Part shown: positions 39,697 through 49,016 of the stretch, in pieces | How positions within the stretch are numbered: position 1 is the first letter of the stretch | How the letters are laid out: each line of letters opens with the position of its first letter | Virus record (IMG/VR): IMGVR_UViG_3300046804_005083 | Span: 62,001 to 117,152 of that record | Length of the DNA stretch: 55,152 bases | Direction: 5' to 3' (one strand) | Source of the DNA: an uncultured virus (IMG/VR IMGVR_UViG_3300046804_005083) | Taxonomy: Duplodnaviria > Heunggongvirae > Uroviricota > Caudoviricetes | Translations under genes and position numbers: made by a program | Notes under the pieces: generated by a model | Told to the model about the DNA's origin: nothing | Database searches by the model: none | What the model saw: only the letters and a program-made list of their open reading frames with translations

Positions 39697-40179
39697 ATGT
39701 ATAGAGCATATTATGTTCCAAAATTTCCAGTTTCTTATATTACAGATGATGGAAGAGATTTATGGATTAATGATCCAAATCACATAAGACATCAATGTGG
39801 ATTTCTTCAGGCAATTCTAGAACACATAGATAATACAAAACACATTGATCCAATAAAAATTGTTATTCCAGTTGAGGGGCAAGTTCAGGCAGGACCAGCA
39901 GGAACATCAAGACTTTATGCTCTTACACATTTGAGAGGTTATACACACGTTCCTGCAATTGTATCCACTACACAATATTTTGAATGGTTTGGTGATGATG
40001 TTGTAGAAATTATTGATAAAGAGCAAATAAGGTCTTATCTTTTATTAGAACCAGCAGATTATAATATTGAACCAGATGGAAAAGCATTTTGGCATAATCA
40101 TAATCCAAATGAAAAGCAAATGAGAGAAACATATAAAATTTCTCCAGAAACATTTGAAAAATTATTGAGATGTATATGA
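39697..40179 (+). CDS. Hypothetical protein, weak ParB/Srx-like pattern
   Basis: DPIKIV..GTSRLYAL..GYTHVPAIV. Confidence 0.5.
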   Translation: MYRAYYVPKFPVSYITDDGRDLWINDPNHIRHQCGFLQAILEHIDNTKHIDPIKIVIPVEGQVQAGPAGTSRLYALTHLRGYTHVPAIVSTTQYFEWFGDDVVEIIDKEQIRSYLLLEPADYNIEPDGKAFWHNHNPNEKQMRETYKISPETFEKLLRCI

Positions 40180-41006
40180 ATAAGACTTATCATTTTATGG
40201 CGGGACTTCCACGATCAGGAAGCACACTACTCAAAAGTATTTTAGATCAAAATCCTAATATTCACGCAAATCCAGTAAGTCCTGTGATGGAATTGATGTA
40301 TCATACTGAAGAATATTTGAAAAAAAGTGAGCAATATCTAGGATATCCAAAACCAAAAAGTGCCTATAAAATTATTAGTAGTTATATTGATAATTATTAT
40401 TTTGACCGTGAAGAACCAGTTATTATAGATCATTGTCGTGCCTGGACAAATAATATAGAAAGAATTAAAACTTATATTACACCAAATCCAAAAATCATTT
40501 GTCCTGTAAGAGATATTGTTGAAATTCTTACATCTTTTATTACAATGGTTCATCGTAATGATGATCAAGTTTCATTTATAGATCAACATTTGATAGAAAA
40601 AGGTGTTACTGTAGATGATGATAATCGTTGTCAGTATTTAATGAGTGATGATGGAATCGTAGAACAAGCACTATGGGCACAAGGACAGGCATTTATTAAA
40701 AATGATACTCGTCATTTATTAATGATTGAATATAATGATTTGGTGAATACTCCAGATGAAACAATGAAAAGAATTTATGATTTCTTAGAGATGGATTATT
40801 ACAATCATAACTTTAGTAATGTTGAAAATAATCATCGTGAGAATGATGACCAGTGGTATTTAAAAGATATGCACTATGTGAGAAAGGAAGTTAAAAAAAT
40901 ATCTAAAAAACCAGAAGATGTATTATCACCCTATATTTTAAATAAATATAAAAAACTGGAATACTGGAAGTATCCCGAGAGTCCTTATTTAATAAATGGC
41001 AACTAA
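40176..41006 (+). CDS. PAPS-dependent sulfotransferase family protein
   Basis: AGLPRSGSTLL (5'-PSB loop), KIICPVRD..ILTS, IEYNDLV..P..TMKRIYDFL. Confidence 0.85.
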   Translation: MNKTYHFMAGLPRSGSTLLKSILDQNPNIHANPVSPVMELMYHTEEYLKKSEQYLGYPKPKSAYKIISSYIDNYYFDREEPVIIDHCRAWTNNIERIKTYITPNPKIICPVRDIVEILTSFITMVHRNDDQVSFIDQHLIEKGVTVDDDNRCQYLMSDDGIVEQALWAQGQAFIKNDTRHLLMIEYNDLVNTPDETMKRIYDFLEMDYYNHNFSNVENNHRENDDQWYLKDMHYVRKEVKKISKKPEDVLSPYILNKYKKLEYWKYPESPYLINGN

Positions 41007-44000
41007 TACAAGAGGAATATTTGCACTTTTAGATGTAAGAGAAAGACAAAACACAGGATATTGGCCTGTAAAGAGTGGTGTATGGTTAAGTCCAAGCCCT
41101 TATTATGGTCCTGCTCCAGATGTTGGTTACTTTGGTGGTGCTCAACCTGCAAATTCAACAGTAGACCGTGTTGATTACTCTAATGATACTGCAACAGCAT
41201 CAGTAAGAGGTCCATTAAGTCTTGCTAGAGGATATCTAGCAGCAACAGGTAGTAATTCTTATGGTTACTTTGGTGGTGGATGGACTCCTGGTTCAGTATC
41301 AACAGTAGACCGTATCAATTACTCTAATGATACTGCAACAGCATCACCTAAAGGACCATTGAGTCTTGCTAGATATGGTTTAGTAGCAACAGGTAGTAAT
41401 TCGTATGGTTACTTTGGTGGTGGTCGTGCCGATTATTCGACAGTAGACCGTATTGATTACTCTAATGATACTGCAACAGCATCACCTAAAGGACCATTGA
41501 GTGCTGCTAGAGGATACTTAGCAGCAACAGGTAACAGTTCTTATGGTTACTTTGGTGGTGGTCTTACAGTATCAAGAGTAGATCGTATTGATTACTCTAA
41601 TGATACTGCTACTGCATCACCTAAAGGACCATTGAGTATTGCTAGATATGCTTTAGCAGCAACAGGTAACAGTTCTTATGGTTATTTTGGTGGTGGTACT
41701 CCTGCAAGATCAACAGTAGATCGTATTGATTATGCTAATGATACAGCAACAGCAGTCGCAAAAGGACCATTGAGTGCTATTAGATATCGTTTAGCAGCAA
41801 CAGGTAATAGTTCTTTTGGTTACTTTGGTGGTGGTTTTGCTTCATCAACAGTAGATCGTATTGATTACTCCAATGATACCGCAACAGCAGTTGCAAAAGG
41901 ACCATTAAGTTCTGCTAGATATTACTTAGCAGCATCAAGTCCTAAAGCAAATGCAATCACAAATTCAGTGCTTTTGCCCTCATCAGGAGGAACCATAAAC
42001 TTTGGAACTGGTACAGTAGCAACTCCAAATACTGGTTACTTTGGTGGTGGTACTCCTGGTCCAATATCAACAGTAGATCGTATAGATTACTCTAACGACA
42101 CAGCAACAGCAGTCGCAAAAGGTCCATTAATTCTTGCTAGACTTTACTTAGCAGCAACAGGTAATGGTTCTTATGGATACTTTGGTGGTGGTAACGGGCC
42201 CGTATCAACAGTAGATCGTATTAATTACTCCAATGATACTACAACTGCATCACCTAAGGGTCCATTAAGTGCTGGTAGATATTGGCTTGCTGCAACAGGT
42301 AATAATTCTTATGGTTATTTTGCAGCAGGTAGGCCGACTGGAGTATCAACAGTAGATCGTATAGATTACTCTAATGATACTGCAACTGCATCACCAAAGG
42401 GACCATTAAATTCTGGAAAATTAGCATTAACTGCGACCGGAAATCAATCTTATGGTTACTTTGGTGGTGGATATGCTTCCATATCAACAGTAGACCGTAT
42501 TGATTATGCTAATGATACAGCAACAGCATCACCAAAAGGTCTATTAAGTGTTGGTAAAGGTATGTTTGCTGCAACAGGTAATAGTTCTTATGGTTACTTT
42601 GGTGGAGGAAATTATTCAACACCAAATTCTTCTGTAGACCGTATTGATTACTCTAATGATACAGCAACAGCATCACCAAAGGGACCATTAAGTGCTGGTA
42701 GAGGTGGTTTATCTGCAACAGGAACTAGTTCTTATGGATACTTTGGTGGAGGTAATGGTCCAGTATCAAGAGTAGATCGTATTGATTACTCTAATGATAC
42801 TGCAACAGCATCACCTAAAGGACCATTGAGTGCTGCTAGAACATATCTTGCATCATCAAGTGCAAGAGCAAATGGATTTTCACCAGTGGTTAACACTACA
42901 TTACCACCAGCAAACACAATATTCCAAAAGTTTCCAGTATTTTTCTATGGGTACTTTATTGGAGGTGCTCCTGGTCCATTATCAACAATAGATCGAATTG
43001 ATTATACAAATGATACAATAACAGCATCTCCAAGAGGAACATTATCAGCTGGAAGAGCTGGTGGTGCTGGAACTGGTAGTAGTTCTTATGGTTATTTTGG
43101 TGGAGGTGCTGTTTCATCTGTTAGTAGAATTGATTACTCTAATGATTCATTATTACCATCACCAGGACTCAATCTATTATCAAGAGGTCCATTAAATGTT
43201 AGTAGGCAATATTTTGGTGCAGCAGGAAATTATAATTATGGTTGGTTTGGTGGAGGATCACCATCAATTACTACAGTAGATCGTATTGATTATGCTAATG
43301 ATACTGCAACAGCATCACCAAAAGGAAATTTAACTTCGGTTACTTTAGGTAATGCAGCAACAGGAAATAAAGATTATGGATATTGGGCAGGAGGATATAG
43401 TCCTTCTTATAATCAACTAGTAGACCGTATTGATTATGCTAATGATACTGCAACAGCACCATCAAGAACAGCATTATCTTCTGCAAGAGGATTATTCTCT
43501 GCAACAGGAAACAAAGATTATGGTTACTTTGGTGGAGGATATAATCCTGCTGCAATATCCACAGTAGATCGTTTAGATTATGCAAATGATACTGTCTTTT
43601 TAGTATCAAAAGGACCATTGAGTGCTGCAAGATATGGTTTAGCGGCAACAGGAAACACAACTAATGGTTACTTTGGTGGTGGTGCTCCTGGTACATATTC
43701 GACAGTAGACCGTATTGATTACTCTAATGATACTGCTACTGCATCACCTAAAGGACCATTGAGTCTTGCTAGATATTATTTTGGAGCAAATACATCAATT
43801 ATTAATCTTCTTGATTATGCTTCTTATACTCCTTCTTCAGCACCAGCAACACCACCACCTACAAGTGCTTACTTTGGTGGTGGTAATGATGATACAAAAG
43901 CACTTCAAAGCATTGAAAGAATTGATTATGCAAATGATACTGCAACGGCAACTAATGATTCTTGTTTGACTGTTGGAACTCAGTACTTAGCAGCAACAGG

Positions 44001-45663
44001 TAATAGTTCTTATGGTTACTTTGGTGGTGGTGTTCCATCATCATCAAGAGTAGACCGTATTGATTATTCAAGTAATACCGTATCAACATCAACTAAAGGA
44101 CCATTAAGTCTTGCTAGAGGATACTTAGCAGCAACAGGTAACAGTTCTTATGGTTACTTTGGTGGTGGTTATCCTGGTATATATTCAACAGTAGACCGTA
44201 TTGATTATGCTAATGATACTGCAACTGCATCACCTAAAGGACCATTAAGTGCTGGTAGATATGACTTAGCAGCAACAGGTAATGAAAGTTATGGATACTT
44301 TGGTGGTGGTCCTAACACTCCTTCTACAATTGTATCTCGTCAAAAAATTGATAAAATTGATTATTCAAATGATACTGCAACAGCAGTTTGGAAATCTGCA
44401 TTTGGAAACTTGAAATATCAACATTCTGCAACAGGAAATAAAAATTATGGTTACTTTGGTGGAGGTGTTTCTCCATATTCAACCAAGGTAGAAAGACTTG
44501 ATTATGCAAGTGATATGCTCTGGGCAACTACAAGATCTAGTTTGTCTCCTGCATTTTCAACATATAGTGCGGCAACTGGTAGTTCTTCATTTGGATACTG
44601 GAGTGGTAAATATCCTGCAATTTCAACAGTAGATCGTTTAGATTATTCTAGTGATACTACGAATACAGTTACTAAAGGACCATTAAATACAAAAAGAGGA
44701 CTTCATGCAGGGTGTAGTCCTGTTGCAAATGGTATTGGTCTCACACCAGTTCCAGTTCCTGCTGCACCAGGAGCACCAGTTCCTACAAGTGGTTATTTTG
44801 GTGGTGGTTTTTCGTATTATCCTGGCGGTTCACTCAAGATTGAAAGAATTGATTATTCAAATGATACTGCAACATCATCCTGGAGAGCATCATTAAATAA
44901 CCTAAGATATTACTTAGCAGCAACAGGTAATAGTTCTTATGGTTACTTTGGTGCTGGTGGTGCTCCTGGTGTTCCAACAATATCAACAGTAGAACGTATT
45001 GATTATTCTACAGATTATCAAATTGCACTTACTAAAGGACCATTAAGTCTTGCTAGAGGATACTTAGCAGCAACAGGTAACAGTTCTTATGGTTATTTTG
45101 GTGGTGGGTGGCCTGGTCCATATTCAACAGTAGACCGTATTGATTATGCTAATGATACTGCAACAGCATCGCCTAAAGGACCATTGAGTCTTGCTAGATA
45201 TGGTGTAGTAGCAACAGGTAACAGTTCTTATGGTTACTTTGGTGGTGGTTATGCTCCTGGTCCAAGATCAACAGTAGATCGTATTGATTATGCTAATGAT
45301 ACTGCAACAGCATCACCTAAAGGACCATTAAGTGCCGCAAAATATTTCTTAGCAGCAACAGGAAATAGTTCTTATGGTTACTTTGGTGGTGGTGCTCCTA
45401 GTCCATATTCAACAGTAGACCGTATTGATTATGCTAATGATACTGCAACAGCATCACCTAAAGGACCATTGAGTCTTGCTAGATATGGTGTAGTAGCAAC
45501 AGGTAACAGTTCTTATGGATACTTTGGTGGTGGTTATTCTGCTTATTCAAGAGTAGACCGTATTGATTACTCTAATGATACTGCAACAGCATCACCTAAA
45601 GGACCACTAAGTGAAGCAAGTTATTATCTTTCTGCTTGTAGTCCTGTTGCTAACGGTCTATAA
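40996..45663 (+). CDS. Kelch-like repeat protein, 30 blades (5 six-bladed propellers)
   Basis: Counted 30 repeats with Pro-rich linkers after every sixth. Confidence 0.82.
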   Translation: MATNTRGIFALLDVRERQNTGYWPVKSGVWLSPSPYYGPAPDVGYFGGAQPANSTVDRVDYSNDTATASVRGPLSLARGYLAATGSNSYGYFGGGWTPGSVSTVDRINYSNDTATASPKGPLSLARYGLVATGSNSYGYFGGGRADYSTVDRIDYSNDTATASPKGPLSAARGYLAATGNSSYGYFGGGLTVSRVDRIDYSNDTATASPKGPLSIARYALAATGNSSYGYFGGGTPARSTVDRIDYANDTATAVAKGPLSAIRYRLAATGNSSFGYFGGGFASSTVDRIDYSNDTATAVAKGPLSSARYYLAASSPKANAITNSVLLPSSGGTINFGTGTVATPNTGYFGGGTPGPISTVDRIDYSNDTATAVAKGPLILARLYLAATGNGSYGYFGGGNGPVSTVDRINYSNDTTTASPKGPLSAGRYWLAATGNNSYGYFAAGRPTGVSTVDRIDYSNDTATASPKGPLNSGKLALTATGNQSYGYFGGGYASISTVDRIDYANDTATASPKGLLSVGKGMFAATGNSSYGYFGGGNYSTPNSSVDRIDYSNDTATASPKGPLSAGRGGLSATGTSSYGYFGGGNGPVSRVDRIDYSNDTATASPKGPLSAARTYLASSSARANGFSPVVNTTLPPANTIFQKFPVFFYGYFIGGAPGPLSTIDRIDYTNDTITASPRGTLSAGRAGGAGTGSSSYGYFGGGAVSSVSRIDYSNDSLLPSPGLNLLSRGPLNVSRQYFGAAGNYNYGWFGGGSPSITTVDRIDYANDTATASPKGNLTSVTLGNAATGNKDYGYWAGGYSPSYNQLVDRIDYANDTATAPSRTALSSARGLFSATGNKDYGYFGGGYNPAAISTVDRLDYANDTVFLVSKGPLSAARYGLAATGNTTNGYFGGGAPGTYSTVDRIDYSNDTATASPKGPLSLARYYFGANTSIINLLDYASYTPSSAPATPPPTSAYFGGGNDDTKALQSIERIDYANDTATATNDSCLTVGTQYLAATGNSSYGYFGGGVPSSSRVDRIDYSSNTVSTSTKGPLSLARGYLAATGNSSYGYFGGGYPGIYSTVDRIDYANDTATASPKGPLSAGRYDLAATGNESYGYFGGGPNTPSTIVSRQKIDKIDYSNDTATAVWKSAFGNLKYQHSATGNKNYGYFGGGVSPYSTKVERLDYASDMLWATTRSSLSPAFSTYSAATGSSSFGYWSGKYPAISTVDRLDYSSDTTNTVTKGPLNTKRGLHAGCSPVANGIGLTPVPVPAAPGAPVPTSGYFGGGFSYYPGGSLKIERIDYSNDTATSSWRASLNNLRYYLAATGNSSYGYFGAGGAPGVPTISTVERIDYSTDYQIALTKGPLSLARGYLAATGNSSYGYFGGGWPGPYSTVDRIDYANDTATASPKGPLSLARYGVVATGNSSYGYFGGGYAPGPRSTVDRIDYANDTATASPKGPLSAAKYFLAATGNSSYGYFGGGAPSPYSTVDRIDYANDTATASPKGPLSLARYGVVATGNSSYGYFGGGYSAYSRVDRIDYSNDTATASPKGPLSEASYYLSACSPVANGL

Positions 45664-45666
45664 ATA
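45659..45666 (+). promoter_or_regulatory. Late promoter TATAAATA
   Basis: Exact consensus overlapping stop. Confidence 0.72.
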
Positions 45667-45684
45667 CTCAAAACAACTTAGATT

Positions 45685-46347
45685 ATGATTGATAATCCTC
45701 TTTCTTATGTTCTCATTCGCCCTAATGTTATCAATCCAGAAGGTCTTCAAGAACTTATAACTCATATCAAATCTTCACCTGCAGAAGACCTTTCTGTTTT
45801 TGATCCAGATAAAACAAATGCAACTGGACAAACATCTTGGATTGTTGATAAGGAAACCAGAGATACTCAAATTGTTGCTATGGGTAATCTCTATCCAAAG
45901 ATTGAAGACCTACTGAGAAATGCAGTCAAACATATCATTAATCCTTTCTATCAATGTGAAGTAGATAGTAGTGAAATACCACAAGTTCTTTCTTATGGTA
46001 TTGGAGGTCATTATCGTCCTCATATTGATGGAGAAAGCATTTGGGTAACTCCTAGAGGTGAAAAGATTTGGAAAAAAAGTACAAATAGAGATTTATCTAT
46101 TGTTTTTTTCTTGAATAATGATTTTGAAGGTGGTGATTTTGTGTTTCCAGATTTAAAAGTAAGAGTAAGACCAGAACCAGGAATGATGGTATGTTTTCCA
46201 TCTAATCATCATTATATGCACGGAGTTGAATCAGTCACCAAAGGAAAAAGATATTCAATTGTAACTTGGGCAACTGTAAAAGGATTTCCATCAATGAATG
46301 AGGTTAATCAACAACTTTCACAGGAGTATGGAGTTCCTGTAATATAA
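45685..46347 (+). CDS. Prolyl 4-hydroxylase-like 2OG-Fe(II) oxygenase
   Basis: HYRPHID, RDLSIVFFLNNDFEGGDF, HGVESVTKGKRYSIV. Confidence 0.85.
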   Translation: MIDNPLSYVLIRPNVINPEGLQELITHIKSSPAEDLSVFDPDKTNATGQTSWIVDKETRDTQIVAMGNLYPKIEDLLRNAVKHIINPFYQCEVDSSEIPQVLSYGIGGHYRPHIDGESIWVTPRGEKIWKKSTNRDLSIVFFLNNDFEGGDFVFPDLKVRVRPEPGMMVCFPSNHHYMHGVESVTKGKRYSIVTWATVKGFPSMNEVNQQLSQEYGVPVI

Positions 46348-46350
46348 ATA
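46343..46350 (+). promoter_or_regulatory. Late promoter TATAAATA
   Basis: Exact consensus overlapping stop. Confidence 0.72.
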
Positions 46351-46371
46351 CTCACAAACATTTATAATAAA

Positions 46372-46758
46372 ATGCAATATTTAAAGCACTATTGGATTCA
46401 TGCACACTCAGGCACTTATTGCTGTGAAGATAATCCTGTTGAAAAGAGACATCCAGAAGTAGAATTTCCTGGTCTTGATGTAAAAATCTGGATGCACGAT
46501 GAAAATGGAATTGATGTATGCCTCTCTACAGTTCCAGATGGTGTTTCTATTGTGGATGTTATTGATGAACACAGTACAAGAAAAGTAGTTCAAAAATTAA
46601 CTGAGGTAGAATTTAATTCAGTTCAAGATCCACTTCTTGAATCACAAACTCTTCGTCAAGAAGCACAACAAGAAACTAATGAAACTTTAAAGGCAGAAAA
46701 AGAAGCAGCAGCAGATGCTAAATTTGAAGAAGCACAACAAGCACTTTTTGCTCTTTAA
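46372..46758 (+). CDS. Hypothetical protein, possibly fibre assembly chaperone
   Basis: 128-aa acidic ORF with helical C-terminus, own late promoter. Confidence 0.55.
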   Translation: MQYLKHYWIHAHSGTYCCEDNPVEKRHPEVEFPGLDVKIWMHDENGIDVCLSTVPDGVSIVDVIDEHSTRKVVQKLTEVEFNSVQDPLLESQTLRQEAQQETNETLKAEKEAAADAKFEEAQQALFAL

Positions 46759-46798
46759 TGAATAAAAAATATGATTATTAAGGTATTGTGGATATTTT

Positions 46799-46806
46799 AA
46801 TAAATA
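46799..46806 (+). promoter_or_regulatory. Late promoter AATAAATA
   Basis: Intergenic NATAAATA before fibre gene. Confidence 0.55.
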
Positions 46807-46833
46807 AAGAATAGGAAGAATTAATTATTAAAA

Positions 46834-48981
46834 ATGTCTAATAATAGAGAACTTTCTCAGTTTGGTTCTTTTGTTAATGTTAATGATAATACAACAAACA
46901 TAGGAATTGCTACTGGTAGTTCTCTAGTTGGTATTGGAACTACATTTCCAACATCAAAATTGGATGTTATTGGCGATGTAAAAATATCTGGAGTAACAAC
47001 TGCATCCGTTTTTAGTGGTAGTGGAATATTATTAACAGATCTACCAAATACAACATTTTTATTCAATTCAACAGGAATACATACAACATCAAATGTTGGA
47101 ATTGGAACTACAACAGCATCTTCAACATTAACAGTTCAAGGAAATGCTCTTGTAACAGGAATAGTAACTGCTTCATCTTTTTTTGGAAATGGTGCAGGAT
47201 TAACTGATGTTTTTAGTAGAGTATCAATTTCTTCTGAAGGCACAGTTGTAGGTTCTGCGATTACATCCTTAGACTATAGAGGTCCTGGAATTTCTTCTAT
47301 TGTAGCTTCTTCTGGAATAGCAACTATAACGTTTGTTTCAGTTCAAGGAACAACAGGAACTCAAGGTACTACAGGAACTCAAGGTGCTACTGGTACTCAA
47401 GGTGCTACTGGTACTCAAGGTGCTACTGGTACTCAAGGTATTCAAGGTCGCCAAGGCACTACAGGTACTCAAGGTGCTACTGGTACTCAAGGATCTAATG
47501 GTGTTCAAGGATCAACGGGTTCTGGTGCTCAAGGTACTACAGGTACTCAAGGTGCATCAGGTACTCAGGGTGCATCAGGTGCTCAAGGTGCATCAGGAAC
47601 TTCAGTTCAAGGATCTGCAGGAGCAAGTGTTCAAGGTACTACAGGTACTCAAGGTGCATCAGGTACTCAAGGCACTACAGGAACTCAAGGTGCATCAGGA
47701 ACTTCAGTTCAAGGATCTGCAGGAGCAAGTGTTCAAGGAACTACAGGAACTCAGGGTGTCACAGGAACTTCAGTTCAAGGGACTACAGGAGCTCAGGGTG
47801 CTACAGGAACTCAAGGTACAATAGGAACTTCAGTTCAAGGAACTACAGGAACTCAAGGTGCATCAGGTACTCAAGGCACTACAGGAACTCAAGGTGCATC
47901 AGGAACTTCAGTTCAAGGTGCCACAGGAACTCAGGGTACTACAGGATCAGGTACTCAAGGTTCTACTGGTACTCAAGGTGCTACAGGAACTCAAGGTATT
48001 CAAGGTCGTCAAGGAACTACAGGTTCTCAAGGAACTACAGGTTCTCAAGGAACTACAGGTACTCAAGGAACAATAGGAACTCAAGGATTTCAAGGACCAC
48101 AAGGTGCTACAGGAACACAAGGTGCTACAGGAACTCAAGGAACAACAGGTACTCAAGGTTCTTCAGGGCCAGGAACAACAATTAACGCAACATCAACAAC
48201 AACAGATGCATCTTTTTATCCAGTATTTGTTTCTACAATTGGTTCTGCTACAACCGCAAGAGCAGAAAGTGGATTTATAATAAATCCGGGAGCAAACACT
48301 TTTACAATATCTTCCGGAAAACTTGTTGTAGATAGAACTGATAATCCATCTTTAGGAACTTACTTTGAAGTCACTTCTCCTATTGGAACCAGATTTTCCG
48401 TGGTAGAAGGTAATTCGGGATCATCAACACCCTCCGAGGCACTGTCACTTAAACTAGGCGCTAATAGAAGTTATATATCTGTCGATAAATCTTTTGTCCC
48501 TTATGTAGATAATAGCCTTTCATTAGGCGGATCCGGTAGTCTTAATTCCGTAGCATACAATCTTAGATGGACTGCAGTTTGGGCAGTTAACGGGACTATT
48601 CAAACATCAGACCAAAGAGAAAAAACAAATATTAATACTTCAGATCTTGGATTAAACTTTATAGAAAAACTTAATCCAGTATCATATAAATGGATTGTTG
48701 GTAAAAATGAAATTGATAAAGATGATATTAATATTATAACTCCAATTCCAGGAAAAAGACTTCATTATGGATTATTGGCACAAGAAGTCAAACAGGCATA
48801 TGAAGAGTGTGGTGCTGCTGATTTTGGTGGTTGGATTTTAACAGATGCAGAGGATCCAGATAGTTCTCAAGGTTTAAGATATGACCAGTTCATTGCTCCA
48901 TTGATTAAAGCAGTTCAAGAACAACAGGAGATGATTAATTCACTTAAGCAAGAAATTGAAAATTTGAAGTCTCAAATATGA
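46834..48981 (+). CDS. Collagen-like tail fibre with C-terminal intramolecular chaperone (peptidase S74-like)
   Basis: G-X-Y tract; QTSDQREKTNI..GLNFIEKLNPVSYKW..HYGLLAQEV..LRYDQFIAPLIKAVQE coiled coil. Confidence 0.88.
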   Translation: MSNNRELSQFGSFVNVNDNTTNIGIATGSSLVGIGTTFPTSKLDVIGDVKISGVTTASVFSGSGILLTDLPNTTFLFNSTGIHTTSNVGIGTTTASSTLTVQGNALVTGIVTASSFFGNGAGLTDVFSRVSISSEGTVVGSAITSLDYRGPGISSIVASSGIATITFVSVQGTTGTQGTTGTQGATGTQGATGTQGATGTQGIQGRQGTTGTQGATGTQGSNGVQGSTGSGAQGTTGTQGASGTQGASGAQGASGTSVQGSAGASVQGTTGTQGASGTQGTTGTQGASGTSVQGSAGASVQGTTGTQGVTGTSVQGTTGAQGATGTQGTIGTSVQGTTGTQGASGTQGTTGTQGASGTSVQGATGTQGTTGSGTQGSTGTQGATGTQGIQGRQGTTGSQGTTGSQGTTGTQGTIGTQGFQGPQGATGTQGATGTQGTTGTQGSSGPGTTINATSTTTDASFYPVFVSTIGSATTARAESGFIINPGANTFTISSGKLVVDRTDNPSLGTYFEVTSPIGTRFSVVEGNSGSSTPSEALSLKLGANRSYISVDKSFVPYVDNSLSLGGSGSLNSVAYNLRWTAVWAVNGTIQTSDQREKTNINTSDLGLNFIEKLNPVSYKWIVGKNEIDKDDINIITPIPGKRLHYGLLAQEVKQAYEECGAADFGGWILTDAEDPDSSQGLRYDQFIAPLIKAVQEQQEMINSLKQEIENLKSQI
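47344..48170 (+). repeat. Collagen-coding repeat tract with GTSVQG interruptions
   Basis: ggtactcaaggtgctact units; boundaries approximate. Confidence 0.88.
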
Positions 48982-49016
48982 ACTAAATAAGTCAAAGCAT
49001 TTTTTTGAATTATTTT

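Noticed and set aside
37280..45640. CRISPR-like array (constant repeat plus variable spacer)
   Set aside because: Units are about 135-150 nt, in frame and protein coding; variable parts are short; no cas genes.
37133..45663. Diversity-generating retroelement as source of loop variation
   Set aside because: No reverse transcriptase or non-coding template repeat in the window; variation includes indels and is not adenine-restricted. A distant RT cannot be excluded.
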